DNA of 64,000 nucleotides. Origin: Octopus vulgaris (Eukaryota). Positions 51,004-63,715 of this stretch are shown one piece after another. How positions within the stretch are numbered: position 1 is the first letter of the stretch; every line of letters starts with the position of its first letter. Position numbers and translations under genes: made by a program. The notes beneath the pieces are model-generated. The model had not been told where the DNA came from. It ran no database searches and saw only the letters and a list, made by a program, of their open reading frames with translations. The DNA lies in the NCBI GenBank assembly GCA_951406725.2, contig OX597827.1, positions 37,076,001-37,140,000 on the forward strand. The letters are read 5' to 3'.

Positions 51004-54000
51004 ATGAAATCTGCCAAATGCAAGCTTTCTTTTCAGGTACATGACACTGCTGTCCCTCGTCCCAGGGTCTCTGATGCCCACACCTCCCAAACCCTCAGAG
51101 TTGGCACGCTCAACGTTGGCACATTGAAAGGTAGGTCTGGAGAGATTGTAGAGCTGCTTGAACGGAGACGTGTGGATGTATGCTGTATCCAGGAAGTAAG
51201 GTGGAGAGGAGGTTCTGCTAGGCTCCTCACGGGCAAGGAACACAGGTACAAGATTTTCTGGGCAGGGAACATTGACGGAGTCGGGGGCGTGGGTATACTT
51301 CTTGCGGAGAAATGGATAGGTAAGGTAATCGAGGTAGTCAGAGTAAGTGACAGAGTAATTAAAATTAGATTAGTTCTTCACCATAGGACAGCTACCATCA
51401 TCTCGGCATATGCCCCTCAACCAGGGCTACCGGAAGGACAAAAAGACCAATTCTATGACACCCTATTGCGGACTACCTCATTGACAAATGACAGTGACCT
51501 TCTCTTCGTGGCAGGTGATTTCAATGGACATGTTGGACGACATGTCAGGGGCTTCCATGGCATCCATGGAGGCCACGGTTTTGGCTCTCGAAATGAGGAG
51601 GGAACCAGGCTGCTGGAGTTCTGCGATGCAAATGACCTTATGGTCTGCAATACCCACTTCAGGAAACCTACCTCTCACCTAGTCACCTACCGTTCTGGCA
51701 GACACACCAGCCAGATTGACTACATCCTTGCCAGAAAAAGGGAAAGAGGGCTGATTATAAATGCCAAAACCTTCCCAGGCGAAGAATGTACTCCCCAACA
51801 TAGATTAGTAGTTAGCGACTTCAGGATCAGAGCTAAATGGTTGCCCAGAAGAAGACCAGCTTGGAGGAGAAGGGTCTGGAAGCTTAAAGATCCTGCAAAT
51901 GGACAGAGATTTAGAGACATACTACTCGAAGCCTCTGACGAAATAGAAGGGGATATAGCTCCACTTAATGTGGAAGACAACTGGAGATTCCTACGGGACA
52001 ATCTGCTGACAGCCACTGACCAGATCTGTGGATGGAGCAAAGTACCATCTCGACCCAGAGTTACATGGTGGTGGAACACGGTGGTTGACGGGGCTATTAG
52101 ACAAAAGAGACAGGCTTGGAAGGACTGGAAGAACGGTGGTAGCAGGGAATTGTATCAGACAGCCAAAAGGGAAGCTAGGAGACAGGTTTATTTAGCCAGA
52201 GGGGAAGCGGATAAGAAAAAATTTGCCAATGTTCTGAGCCGTGAGGATGAAAGACTTGAGGTATTTCGTGTTGCAAGACAGTGTGTGAGAGAGAATTGTG
52301 ATGTGGTAGGAGAGAAGTGTGTTCGCATGGATGATGGTTCACTTGCGCTAAATGAGGATGCAAAGAGAGAGGTTTGGAGATGCCACTATGAAAGTTTGCT
52401 GAATAAAGAAAATGAATGGGATAAAGAGAGTCTGCCAAATGTTGACCCAACAGAGGGACCAGCTATCCGAGTTGATAGTTCCGTGGTAGCTAAGGCAATT
52501 AGAAGCATGAAGACAGGGAAAGCCCCAGGCCCATCAGGAATTACTGCAGAGATGCTCAAAATATCTGGCAGTGTCGGCTATAACCTAGTCACCCGTATAG
52601 TCAACCAGGTGATACACGAAGGAGTCATACCCAATGACTGGTGTAGCAGCATACTAGTCAACTGCTACAAAGGTAAAGGTGATGCCCTGGATACAAATAA
52701 TTACAGAGGTATCAAGCTGTTGGATCAGGTAATGAAGGTTACGGAGAGGGTCATAGCCCAACTAATTAGAGAGAGAGTTAGTTTAGATGAGATGCAGTTT
52801 GGGTTTGTCCCAGGGAAAAGCACCACTGATGCTATATTCCTGGTAAGGCAGCTGCAGGAGAAATACCTAGCCAAGGATAAGCCCCTGTACCTGGCTTTCG
52901 TTGACATGGAGAAAGCCTTTGATAGGGTCCCCCGATCCCTCATCTGGTGGTCAATGAGGAAACTAGGGATAGATGAATGGCTGGTGAGGGCTGTGCAAGC
53001 CATGTACAGAGATGCCGTAAGTAAGGTTAGAGTTGGCAACATGTACACAGAAGAATTCAAAGTAGAGGTTGGGGTCCACCAGGGTTCAGTACTCAGCCCC
53101 CTCCTATTTATCATAGTCCTCCAGGCAATAACGGAGGAATTCAAGACAGGTTGCCCCTGGGAGCTCCTCTATGCTGACGACCTCGCTCTAATCGCTGAGT
53201 CACTATCAGAACTGGAGGAGAAGTTCCAGGTGTGGAAGGAGGGTTTAGAATCGAGGGGCCTTAGAGTCAACCTAGCTAAAACCAAAGTACTAATAAGTAG
53301 AAAGGTAGAAAACCCACAAATATCCTCAGGAAGATGGCCCTGCTCGATCTGTAGAAAAGGTGTAGGTAGAAACTCTATAAGATGTACCCAGTGTAAGCTA
53401 TGGACACATAAGAGGTGCAGCAATGTCAAAGGTAGGCTAACTGGGAAGATAGTTTTTGTATGTGGCAGGTGCTCTGGAGCATTGACCTCCGAAAATCTGC
53501 AGAAAACAACTTCTGTCACTTTCCGGGGGGAAAAACTAGAAGTAGTTGATAGCTTCCGCTATCTAGGTGACCAAGTCAGTAGTGGGGGTGGGTGCGCTGA
53601 AAGTGTAACTGCTAGAATAAGAATAGCCTGGGCAAAGTTTAGGGAGCTCTTACCTCTGCTGGTGACTAAAGGCCTCTCGCTCAGAGTAAAAGGCAGACTG
53701 TATGATGCATGTGTACGAACAGCTATGCTACATGGCAGTGAAACATGGGCCGTGACTGCTGAGGACATGCGTAAGCTCGTGAGGAACGAAGCCAGTATGC
53801 TCCGATGGATGTGTAATGTCAGTGTACTTACTCGACAGAGCGTTAGTACCTTGAGAGAAATGTTGTACCTAAGAAGCATCAGTTGTTGTGTGCAAGAGAG
53901 ACGATTGCGCTGGTATGGTCATGTGGCGAGAATGGATGAAGATAGGTGTGTGAGAAAGTGCCAATCCCTAGCAGTTGAGGGAACCCGTGGAAGAGGTAGA

Positions 54001-54123
54001 CCCAGGAAAACCTGGGACGAGGTGGTGAAGCACGACCTTCGGACGTTAGGTCTCACCATGGAAATGACTAGAGACCGAGACCTATGGAAGTATGCTGTGC
54101 GTGAGAAGACCCGGCAAGACTAG
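51004..54123 (+). CDS. RTE ORF: AP-endonuclease, reverse transcriptase and PHD finger, 1039 aa, intact
   Basis: GTLNVGTL, CIQEVRW, AYAPQ, GDFNGHVG, QIDY (APE); NYRGIKLL, DMEKAFDRV, QGSVLSP, YADD (RT); C4HC3 finger at 53341-53472; RGRGRPRKTW C-terminus. Confidence 0.96.
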   Translation: MKSAKCKLSFQVHDTAVPRPRVSDAHTSQTLRVGTLNVGTLKGRSGEIVELLERRRVDVCCIQEVRWRGGSARLLTGKEHRYKIFWAGNIDGVGGVGILLAEKWIGKVIEVVRVSDRVIKIRLVLHHRTATIISAYAPQPGLPEGQKDQFYDTLLRTTSLTNDSDLLFVAGDFNGHVGRHVRGFHGIHGGHGFGSRNEEGTRLLEFCDANDLMVCNTHFRKPTSHLVTYRSGRHTSQIDYILARKRERGLIINAKTFPGEECTPQHRLVVSDFRIRAKWLPRRRPAWRRRVWKLKDPANGQRFRDILLEASDEIEGDIAPLNVEDNWRFLRDNLLTATDQICGWSKVPSRPRVTWWWNTVVDGAIRQKRQAWKDWKNGGSRELYQTAKREARRQVYLARGEADKKKFANVLSREDERLEVFRVARQCVRENCDVVGEKCVRMDDGSLALNEDAKREVWRCHYESLLNKENEWDKESLPNVDPTEGPAIRVDSSVVAKAIRSMKTGKAPGPSGITAEMLKISGSVGYNLVTRIVNQVIHEGVIPNDWCSSILVNCYKGKGDALDTNNYRGIKLLDQVMKVTERVIAQLIRERVSLDEMQFGFVPGKSTTDAIFLVRQLQEKYLAKDKPLYLAFVDMEKAFDRVPRSLIWWSMRKLGIDEWLVRAVQAMYRDAVSKVRVGNMYTEEFKVEVGVHQGSVLSPLLFIIVLQAITEEFKTGCPWELLYADDLALIAESLSELEEKFQVWKEGLESRGLRVNLAKTKVLISRKVENPQISSGRWPCSICRKGVGRNSIRCTQCKLWTHKRCSNVKGRLTGKIVFVCGRCSGALTSENLQKTTSVTFRGEKLEVVDSFRYLGDQVSSGGGCAESVTARIRIAWAKFRELLPLLVTKGLSLRVKGRLYDACVRTAMLHGSETWAVTAEDMRKLVRNEASMLRWMCNVSVLTRQSVSTLREMLYLRSISCCVQERRLRWYGHVARMDEDRCVRKCQSLAVEGTRGRGRPRKTWDEVVKHDLRTLGLTMEMTRDRDLWKYAVREKTRQD

Positions 54124-54319
54124 TGAAGCCATAATCCGTGGCCCCTACCTGGGACGTAGTCAGTCCACCTGTGCATACCTTCCTTCTTGTGACACTTGTG
54201 AAGACCTGTTGAGGCAAGTGAGAATCGAATCGTATCGAATCAAATCGAACCAAATCAAAATAGATGAACATCAATGGAATTTGTATCCTTGTGGTACCAG
54301 TGCCGGTGGCACATAAGAA

Positions 54320-54575
54320 AACCATCCGAACGTGACCGTAGCCAGTACCGCAATGACTGGCCTCCGTGCTGAGGGCACGTAACAAACACCATCCGAGCGT
54401 GGCCGTCCGCCAGCCTCGTCTGGCACCTGTGTCGGTGACACATAAGAAAACCCCATCCGAGCGTGGCCGTCTGCCAGCCTCGTCTGGCACCTGTGTCGGT
54501 GGCACATAAAAAACACCATCCGAGCGTGGCCGTCTGCCAGCCTCGTCTGGCACCTGTGTCGGTGGCACATAAAAT
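54320..54575 (+). repeat. Four ~63-67-bp GC-rich tandem repeats in the RTE 3' UTR
   Basis: Unit ACCATCCGAGCGTGGCCGTCTGCCAGCCTCGTCTGGCACCTGTGTCGGTGGCACATAAAA. The first copy is diverged and the last three are near-identical. Confidence 0.92.
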
Positions 54576-56221
54576 CACCCACTACACTCTCGGAGTGGTT
54601 GGCGTTAGGAAGGGCATCCAGCTGTAGAAACACTGCCACATCTGACTGGCCTGGTGCAGCCTTCGGGCTTCCCAGACCCCAGTTGAACCGTCCAACCCAT
54701 GCTAGCATGGAAAGCGGACGTTAAACGATGATGATGATGATGAATGATATATATATATACACACACACATACGAACACGTGGATATCATCTTCATCGTTA
54801 TTTTAACATATACTTTTCCATTGTTGCAAGTGTCTCCATATAAACACGCGTGCTCACACACACACGTATAAACAGAGCTGTTATATAAGGTATTCACACT
54901 TTATTGTAAGTCAGTAAGACAGTCTTCTTTCTTTGTCTCCTCTCCATCAACTTGCCCTTACTTACATCACCTACCTGCTACTTCTCTCCTACACTTCCCT
55001 TTCTTTACTTTTCCTTTCCTCCTTTCTAACTGTCAGCCATTGTATTGCTACATCATCATCTTCACCATCACCACAACTGCACCCATCACAACATACACCA
55101 CAGCAGTACCACTTGCCATTATTGCCAGTCTCCACCATTTCCACACTATCACTTACTATTATAACCATTGCTATCATGTTCAGTAATACCGCCACCACTG
55201 TCATCATCATCATCATCATCACCTCTGCTATCACCACCATCATTACCTTTAAAACCACTTTAACCACTCCTAAACACACTCCCACATCATCACTACCAGC
55301 ATCACCATGGTGATAGTAGCAGTGTACTAAGGACACCGCTACTTCCACCATCACCATTTTCATCATCAAGACCACAATCATCACTATTACTGCTTTCAAC
55401 AACCAGCCTCAAACCATATTCTCCACCACCAGTAACATCACCTGGAGCCAATACCCCCATCATAATCACATCTCCAGTAACTCTACCACCACCATTATTA
55501 TCAACACTATCATCATACCAACATCTCCCCCACAACTACATCAACACCAGCAGCAGTACCACCACCACCATCACTATTACCAACACTATCATCGCTAGCA
55601 TCACCACTACTATCACAAAGACTGCTGCCACCTCCATCATCACCGCCTGTCTCAACAGTTTGCTAGGTTTGACAAGCCTCCTTCACTGGTCCACATCACT
55701 TCATTTCTGATTATTACATTTAAGCATGGTGACAGGCCGATAGAGTGGAGAGACATTACTAATGGAACTTACCTGCCATACCATGTTTTACTTCAACAAC
55801 AACAACAATATTGCTGCCACTGCTACCGCCTGCCTGTTCTCCCTCTAAACTACCATATCAGCTCTATATTATCAAGTTGCCAGAGTCTGCAAAATTGCTG
55901 ACCTTTCCCCAGAAGTTGATTAATCAGAAGTTTGGATTTCATTTCTGGTAATTTCTTTTGTAAATTGTTCTGATGCCTACAGACTAGATAGTTTTAAGTC
56001 AGCACCATGTAGTAGGTACAATCCATCTAGTTCTAAATAGGTACTATGTGCATGCAAGCAGGGCTCCATGGGGAAAACAGTTTAATACTACTGTGTTTCA
56101 CTTGGGGCAGGTGTTGCAAAAACGAAATATATATATATTGAATGGTTTACACCTGGTAGCTTACTGGTATATTCCATCGTCAGTCTTTCATTTAGCACAT
56201 ACATTACATATATATATATAA

Positions 56222-56426
56222 TTAACTGTATTGTGTACCGTTGGCGATTTTTTTCCTCCGTCTTCCCTTCTCTGGATCTTTCCTTTTCCTATGTTTCTGA
56301 CGAAGGGCTCCGCTCGAAACGTGAAACCCTCCTTCTTCCCTTCCTTCCTGAGCATCCAATAATACTATATTTGTTCCACGTCCTCGCGTTGTTGTGTTTT
56401 CTCTTTGTGTTTTCATGTTTGGATTA

Positions 56427-56430
<4 letters not shown>
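56222..56430 (+). mobile_element. (TA)n-flanked solo Penelope-like pLTR fragment with a minimal hammerhead motif (56293-56327)
   Basis: GTTT-CTGACGA-A-GGGC-tcc-GCTC-GAAA-CG-TG-AAAC. Core present, but the cleavage-site base is G rather than H. Confidence 0.6.
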
Positions 56431-56467
<37 letters not shown>

Positions 56468-56469
<2 letters not shown>

Positions 56470-58677
56470 TAGCAGCTAAGCCCAGTTTCACCCGGTCTGT
56501 TTGGATGATGTGGCTGTGATCGTTTTCAGTTAGGTATTATCTAATAAGAGCATTTCTCAACCTTGTCATTTCGAGTCCCCTGTTTGGATTAGAGCCTCCA
56601 GCTGTATGAAAATTTCCTGACTCACACCCTTGTTACAGAAAACAGCTTTAGAAGTTGTGAAGAACAAATTTGTTCATAGTCTGTTTCTGAGAGCTATTCT
56701 ATTGGACCTCTGTCTAATCATTAAAACACTGATTTAATTATGAACATAGAAAGAAATTATACATCAATCCCTATTTTTGTAAGCAGTTGTATCCGTAATA
56801 ATTTTATTTGCAGAGAGCAGAAATTGAAAGAAGATAATATGAAATGGACGTGTATGTTACGTGTGTGTGTGTATGCATGCATGAGTACATGCACATGTGT
56901 ATGTGAGAGAGAAAGTGGGTGAGAAAGAGAGATAGAGTGAGTGAGTCAAGGTGTGTGTTGTGATGATTGACATATTTGTACGTAGTCTGTTTCTGAGGGT
57001 TATTCTATTAGACCTCTGTCTAATCATTAAAACATTGATTTAACTATGAAAATAAAAAGAAATTATACATTAATTCCTATTTTTGTAAGCAGTTGTATCC
57101 GTAGAAATGTTATTTGCAGAGAGCAGAAATTGAAAGAAGATATATGAAAATGGATGTGTGTGTATGTATATGTGTGTGTTTGTGCATGTCTGTGTGCGTG
57201 CTTGTGCATGTGCATGTGAGAGAGAAAGAGGGTGAGAAAGAGAGATAGAGTGAGTGAAGGTGCGTGTCGTGATGATTGATGTCTTTTAAGGTACACACAC
57301 ATACATAAAAAATGTGAGGTCATCGTATAAAATTTTTGCGATAGCTGATTTATGGAAAAGATTATGTTAAATTTTTGGAGTGCAAATATGTTAATGAAAA
57401 TCAAGTTCAGACCTCTACATGGTAGCTAGATCTGGTAGAAATAGCAGCCGGACCTCCCTCAAAACACTCTACTGCCTCAGTCTGACAATTCGGAAATTGA
57501 AAGAAGATATATGAAATGGACATGCATGTGTGTGTGAGTGTGTGTGTGTGTTCATGCATGTGTGCTTGCGCATGTGTATGTGAGAGAGAAAGTGGGTGAG
57601 AAAGAGAGATAGAGTGAGTGAGTGAATATGTGTGCCGTGATGACTGACGCATTTGTACGTAGTCTGTTTCTGAGAGCTATTCTATTGGACCTCTGTAAAA
57701 ATCATTAAAACATTGATTTAATTATGAACATAGAAAGAAATTATATATTAATCCCTATTTTTGTAAGGAGTTGTATCCGTAAAAATGTGATTTGCAGAGA
57801 GCAGAAATTGAAAGAAGATAATATGAAATGGACGTGTGTGTATGTGTGTGTGTGTGTGCATATGTGCGTGCATGCTTGCACGTGTGTATGTGAGAGAGAA
57901 AGAGGGTGAGAGAGATAGAGTGAGTGAGTGAAGGTGTGTATCATGATGATTGATGTCTTTTAAGGTACACACATACATAGAAAATATAAGGTCATCATAT
58001 AAAATTTTTACGATAGTTGATTTATGGAAAAGATTATGTTAAACTTTTGAAATGCAAATATGTGAATGGAAATTAAGTTCAGACCTCTACATGGTAGCTA
58101 GTCCTGGTAGAAACAACAGCCAAATCTGCCTGAAAACACTCTACTGTCTTAATCCGACAATTCTGCCTATTATGTAGTTTGAATGAGAAACTGTAACTAA
58201 AGATTAAGATTATTAACCCCACAAAGAGGTGAAAGAAGAGAGACAGTATAGCAAAAGTTTTGGCTGACTGTCATCCTATAAGTTACAGGGATGCAAACAT
58301 AGCAACATCAGTTGTCAAGTGATGATGGAGGTACAGACACAGACACACACAAATATACACATGTATATGACTGTCTTTCAGTTTCCGTGTACGAAATCCA
58401 CTCACAAGGCTTTGATTGGTCCGTGGCTATAATGCATGTTTGTACCCCCACCATCACTTGACAACTGATGTTGCTATGTTTGCATCCCTGTAACTTAGTG
58501 AATCAGTAAAAGGCACTGATCGAATAAATACTAGGCTTACAAAGAATAAATACTGGGGTCAATTTGTTTGACTGAAGCTGGTGCTCCAGCATGACTGCAG
58601 TCACATGACTGAAACAAGTAAAACAATAAATAAGTATGCCATTTTAATTTTGAGCAACACCAGGTATCTCTACTAGT
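56468..58677. mobile_element. Helitron-like non-autonomous region containing a higher-order tandem array
   Basis: Hairpin plus CTAG|T termini point outward at 56468-56497 (-) and 58652-58677 (+). Units of ~305 bp begin TAGTCTGTTTCTGAG at ~56677, 56982 and 57660, and a ~200-bp extension is duplicated (57280-57490 and 57955-58160). Confidence 0.5.
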
Positions 58678-60659
58678 ATATATATATATGAGTGTTTGTG
58701 TGTATGTTTATACTTTTGCCAAAAAAAATCTTTCATCGTTTGTTTCAGTCATTAGACTGCAGCCATGCTGGAGCACATCCTTGAAAAGTTTTAGTTGGAG
58801 AAAAACAAGTACATGATCCATAGAGCTGATTTATTCATTTGGCAACTTGATTAACTTTTTTTCTCTCGCATCAAGCTTAATATCCAGAGTAATTCTTTCA
58901 TGGTTCTTTTTCACACTGCTACTTTCTGTTCCACTTGATGGTTTCATTCAAGATGTCTTGAACTATAGGTAAATCCAACAGTGGCAGTGATCAACAACAA
59001 AGGAAATAAATATATAGTAAAAAAACATAGCATCAGGAAAGAACCGTTTTGTGAGAGTAAAATATTGTAAGATGTAAGAATCGAAATGAATAGCTTAAAA
59101 ACTGAAGAATAAGGTGGGAGAAAATGCTATATATGGTTACAGTTGAACTGTTATCCAGTTCATGGTCACTGTCACTTGCATCTCTGTCTTGTGCTATAAA
59201 ATCTCTACACTCTGTTCATATATGCACACTGTCTCTCTTTCTCTCTCTCTCTCTCTCTTACACACACACATACACACTATCATATTGATATACAACATAT
59301 GTTGCTACAGAAATTGCCACCATACTGATACTTTTATTGTCATTGTCAATTGATTATTCAACAGTTGATGGGTTGGTAGTGATGTTTGTTGTATTGGTTT
59401 TAGTGTTGCTGATAGTGGTGCATTGTTGTTTTGGTGTTGTCATTTTATTCTCGCTAATTGTTTTGTTATTTCCATAAGTCAATTTTCATTAACCCAAGAT
59501 AAAAGACGTTTCATTCAACATTTAAATTACACTAGAGCACCGTATTGTCCCATATCATTGATTTTATTCTAGATGGAGATGCTGATTCTGTTCATACTGT
59601 TGTTGTTGTTGTTGAGGAGTTGGTGAGTTAGTGATGACAGTAGTTGTATTGGTTTTGGTGTTGATACTAGTTATCTGAGTTGATGATATACAGTGGCGGT
59701 GGTCGTGGTGGTGAAAGTTGATTTATACAGACAGACAACGAGACAGGTAGACTCGCCCCCACCTCCTCCCCACTCCACAAAAAATATAAACACTCAAATA
59801 TTCTCAGTGAAAATTCTTACCACACATTCAATATTTATAGTGATGCATACACAAATTCTTGCACACGCACACATATAATAAATATTTGTGTGTAAGTGTG
59901 TATCATGATCATAAATTTTTAAATTGCTAACTTTGCTTTCATCTTAGCTAAAAAAAATGGGAGGCAGCCTCTTGACTACGAAGAAATTGTAGTTTTTAAA
60001 TTCTTAAAATCTATCTGAGTTTCTGTAAGAGTAAAATTAAAGGCCATATCCCAAAACTAATGGTCATACTTTGCAAATTACTATGAGTGTGAAATTCCAT
60101 AACTTTCAGTAGCCATAATTCTGGCGATGGCCGTGTATATAAATATATATATTATTGTGTCTGGGGAGATGTTCTGTTTCAATACCTTACTAATTAACAC
60201 ACTCACCGGTTTGATTTCCACACATTTACTTATTTATTTTTTCTAAAATTTTCATTGCTTCTTGCATGTGTGTGTGTGTGTATGTGTATAGGTGCAGGCG
60301 TGGTTTTGTGGTAAGATGTTTGTTTCCCAACCACATGGTTCTGGGTTCAGTCCCACTGCGTGTCTTCTACTATAGCCTCGGGCTGACCAAAGCCTTATGA
60401 GTGGATTTGGTAGATGGAAACTGAAAGAAGCCCATTGTATATATTCTTTCATTCTTTTACTTGCTTCAATTATTTTGACAGCAGCCATGCTGGAGCACTG
60501 CCTTTACTCAAACAAATCGACCCCAGGACTTATTCAATCAATCTCTTTGCCAAACCACTAAGTTACAGGAACATAAATGCACAACTGATGTTGGTGCATT
60601 TATGTCCCTGTAACTTAGTGGTATATATATATATATATATATATATCTATATTCTATCT

Positions 60660-61605
60660 AAAGCATCACCTTTACTCTTGTAGCAGTTGACTATGGTGCT
60701 GCTATGCCAATCATTGGGTATGACTCCATCATGAACTACCTGGTTTACAATGTGGCTGACTAGGCCATAGCCCACACCACCAGATGTTTTAAGCATCTCA
60801 GCACTGATTCCTGATGGGCCGGGGGCTTTTTCCTTGCTTCATACCTTTAATTGCTTTATCTACCAGGGAGCTGTCTATTCGGATAGCTGATCCCTCTACT
60901 GGGTCAACATTTGGCAGGCTCTCCTCTCATTCATCACAATTTTCTCTTACACACTATCTTGCAATCCAAAATACTTTAGTTCTCTGGTCCTCATGTCACT
61001 GGACGTTGGCAAATTTCTTTTCTGTTTCATCCTTGGCTATGTATACCTGCTGCCTAGCTTCCCTTTTGGCTACCTGGTACAGTTCCCTGCTACCCTCACC
61101 CTCCAGGCTTTCCAGGCCTGTTTCTTTGCTCTAATGGCTTTGTCTACCATACTATTCCACCACCACGTAACCCTAGGTCTGGAAGGGACTTTGCACCATC
61201 TGCAGACTCGGGCTGTGGCACTCAGCAAGCTGTCCCATAGTAATTTCCAGCTACCTTCTATGTCTGATGTCTGTAGCTCCTTCTCCCTGTCATCAAATTT
61301 CTTGATGCGATGTCCCTAAATCTGTGACCATGTGAAGGGTTCTTTAGCTTCCAAATACTTCTTTTTTGGATTGTTCTGCTTCTTTGTATCCTTCTGGCCA
61401 TGAGCCTAAAGTCACTAATGACTAGCCTATGCCGGGGGTTACATTCTTCACCCAGGAGGGTCTGGCTTCTGTGCTGGTGGCACGTATAAAACACCAACCG
61501 ATCTTGGCCATTGCCAGCCTCCTTTTGGCCCCTGTGCCGGTGGCATGTAAAAAGCACCCACTACACTCACGGAGTGGTTGGCATTAGGAAGGGCATCCAG
61601 CTGTT
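60660..61605. mobile_element. Decayed RTE fragment: minus-strand internal part (60660-61465) joined to plus-strand 3' UTR part (61467-61605)
   Basis: The minus part reads GEECNPRHRLVISDFR...WKLKNP...TWWWN, homologous to 51770-52690. The plus part matches 54500-54625. Confidence 0.8.
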
Positions 61606-63419
61606 GCCATGCAAGGTGACTATTTCAAAGGAGATGATGTTAAAACGTTTTTATTAAGCATAACTAGTCCAGGAACCTTTTGATATCACCTCATATATAT
61701 GTATCTCCTGCATGTCCTGTCACATTGCTCTATGATCACTTTGAAATCTGATATGCTGGTTACTGTGCACTTGTTCAGGCATTCAGTTTGATGGAGGAAG
61801 TGAGCTAATTGCACAGCACAAGCGTTTGATCTCTATAAGCAAGTCATTTGTGCAGGTTACTCAGCTAGAAACTGCAGAACTGTATTTCACAGACTACGAG
61901 AGACTACTATCATATTTATCTGTGTGTGTGCGTGTTGGTTCTTTTACATTCCTCTAACTTAGTGGTTTAGTGAAAGAGACTGATAGAATAAAGACCTGGC
62001 TTTACGAAAAATAACTCCTGGGGTTGATTTGCTTGACTAAACACTTCTTGGTGCTAACCCAGCATAGCTGAAGTGCTACGACTGAAGCAAGTAAATGGAA
62101 AAGTGAAAGCTATATATATATATATATATAGTGAGAGAGAGAAAGAGAGGCAAATGTTAATGTGTACACACATATGTACATATACCTATGTAGTTTATAT
62201 ATATATATATATATATATACACATACACATACATACATATACACTATATACATTTATAGTGGGTTGTGTATGCGTATACATATATACACTCAGTGTATCT
62301 ACAAGCACACTCTCAATTGTAGACATACATACTACAAAGCTGAATGTATTTTGATTTTCAGTGTTCTTTGATATTCTTATCGTGTGAGAGAATTCTGGTT
62401 TTACTGTTAAATTAACTAAGTGAGCACTGCAGTGCCAGGCTTCCTGGTTCCTTGAAATGTCTAAATTAGCTTCTGAGAAATATCAAATCCAATGATGTGG
62501 TTATTACCTGTTTAAAACAATCTACAGCCTATTCTCTGCATCTTTTTCTTACTCTAAAAATGGTAAGACAGTAAAGCTGTTGATCAGCTACAGCATCTTT
62601 TCCATTTCAGCCTCTTACCATTTCTGCCATAATATGGAACCAATCAATATGGTCACAGATTGCCATTAACCTTTACTGAAGCACTTTGTTGTAATGGCTG
62701 TATCTATAGGTATTGGCTGTCTCCATGGTTAATGTTTTGGGATTCAAGACCAAATTTCATGGCTTGAAAATTTCCTGTGATGCCGCTGCTGCTGTTATTT
62801 CTTTTTTCTGTTTTTGTTGTTGTTGTTTTCATTAACTCACACACATCAAACAGATTTATTGCACAGTTTCTAAGCAGCAAATGGTTCTTTTCTCTTACCA
62901 TCAAATTACCGTTGACGTGATGACTGTTTCATCTTTATACTAATGCTATATTAAACACGTATATTGAACATGTATATTGCCACAATATATACTTGTGGTG
63001 TTTACATGTGATGTTGATGTTGTTAAACCCCAGGTCAGCACTGAGTAAGCAGATTTAATGGTCAAAGGCACACCAGTTGTGACCCCTTTGTTTCTCATTT
63101 TTTTCTCAAACCGTATTTATTTTTTTTTAGGAAACCAAGAGATGTGATTGAGACTCCCTTCTCAGCTCATGGTCCCTTATGTTTTTCAAAGATAGTGGGA
63201 ATATTTATGATTCAGATTCCATATCATTTCAACTATCTGTGACAATAATGTTTTTGCTTCTTTTCATTATTTTTTTCATGAAATAATCAAGACAGAAAAG
63301 ATAACGACTCTTTTAAAAACCATTCCAGAATGTTGAGATTGATAGATATGGCTGATGTATTCAGTACAAACATAGAGCTATTGTTCAGTGTATAATATTG
63401 TATATATTACAATAAGTAC

Positions 63420-63574
63420 AGGAGTGGCTGTGTGGTAAGTAGCTTGCTTACCAACCACATGGTTCTGTGTTCAGTTCCACTGTGTGGCACCCTGGGCAAG
63501 TGTCTTCTACTATAGCCTCAGGCCAACCAAAGCCTTGTGAGTCGATGTGGTAGACGGAAACTGAAAGAAGCCTG

Positions 63575-63630
<56 letters not shown>

Positions 63631-63663
63631 GTATATTATATTATATATATGTATATGTATATG

Positions 63664-63715
<52 letters not shown>

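Larger units (their letters stand above)
50851..54745 (+). mobile_element. Young, apparently intact RTE-clade LINE (5' end may extend through the monomer array to 44058)
   Basis: Single intact APE-RT ORF, ~620-bp 3' UTR and a (GAT)n tail at ~54727-54745. No TSD is resolvable because both flanks are TA-rich microsatellite. Confidence 0.92.

Noticed and set aside
50513-51127. Intron from monomer ATGGCCAG|CTAAGT to acceptor TTTCTTTTCAG (51036), which would join in frame to a 28-aa ORF at 51041-51127
   Set aside because: The donor is CT rather than GT in all three monomers, and the product would be out of frame with the main RTE ORF. It needs RNA evidence.
54320-54575. CRISPR-like array
   Set aside because: The units are contiguous near-identical repeats without unique spacers, inside a eukaryotic LINE 3' UTR, with no cas genes.
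54933-55650. Mucin-like or hydrophobic ORFs
   Set aside because: Degenerate (CAT/CAC)n trinucleotide tract with ORFs on both strands and no splice or domain support.
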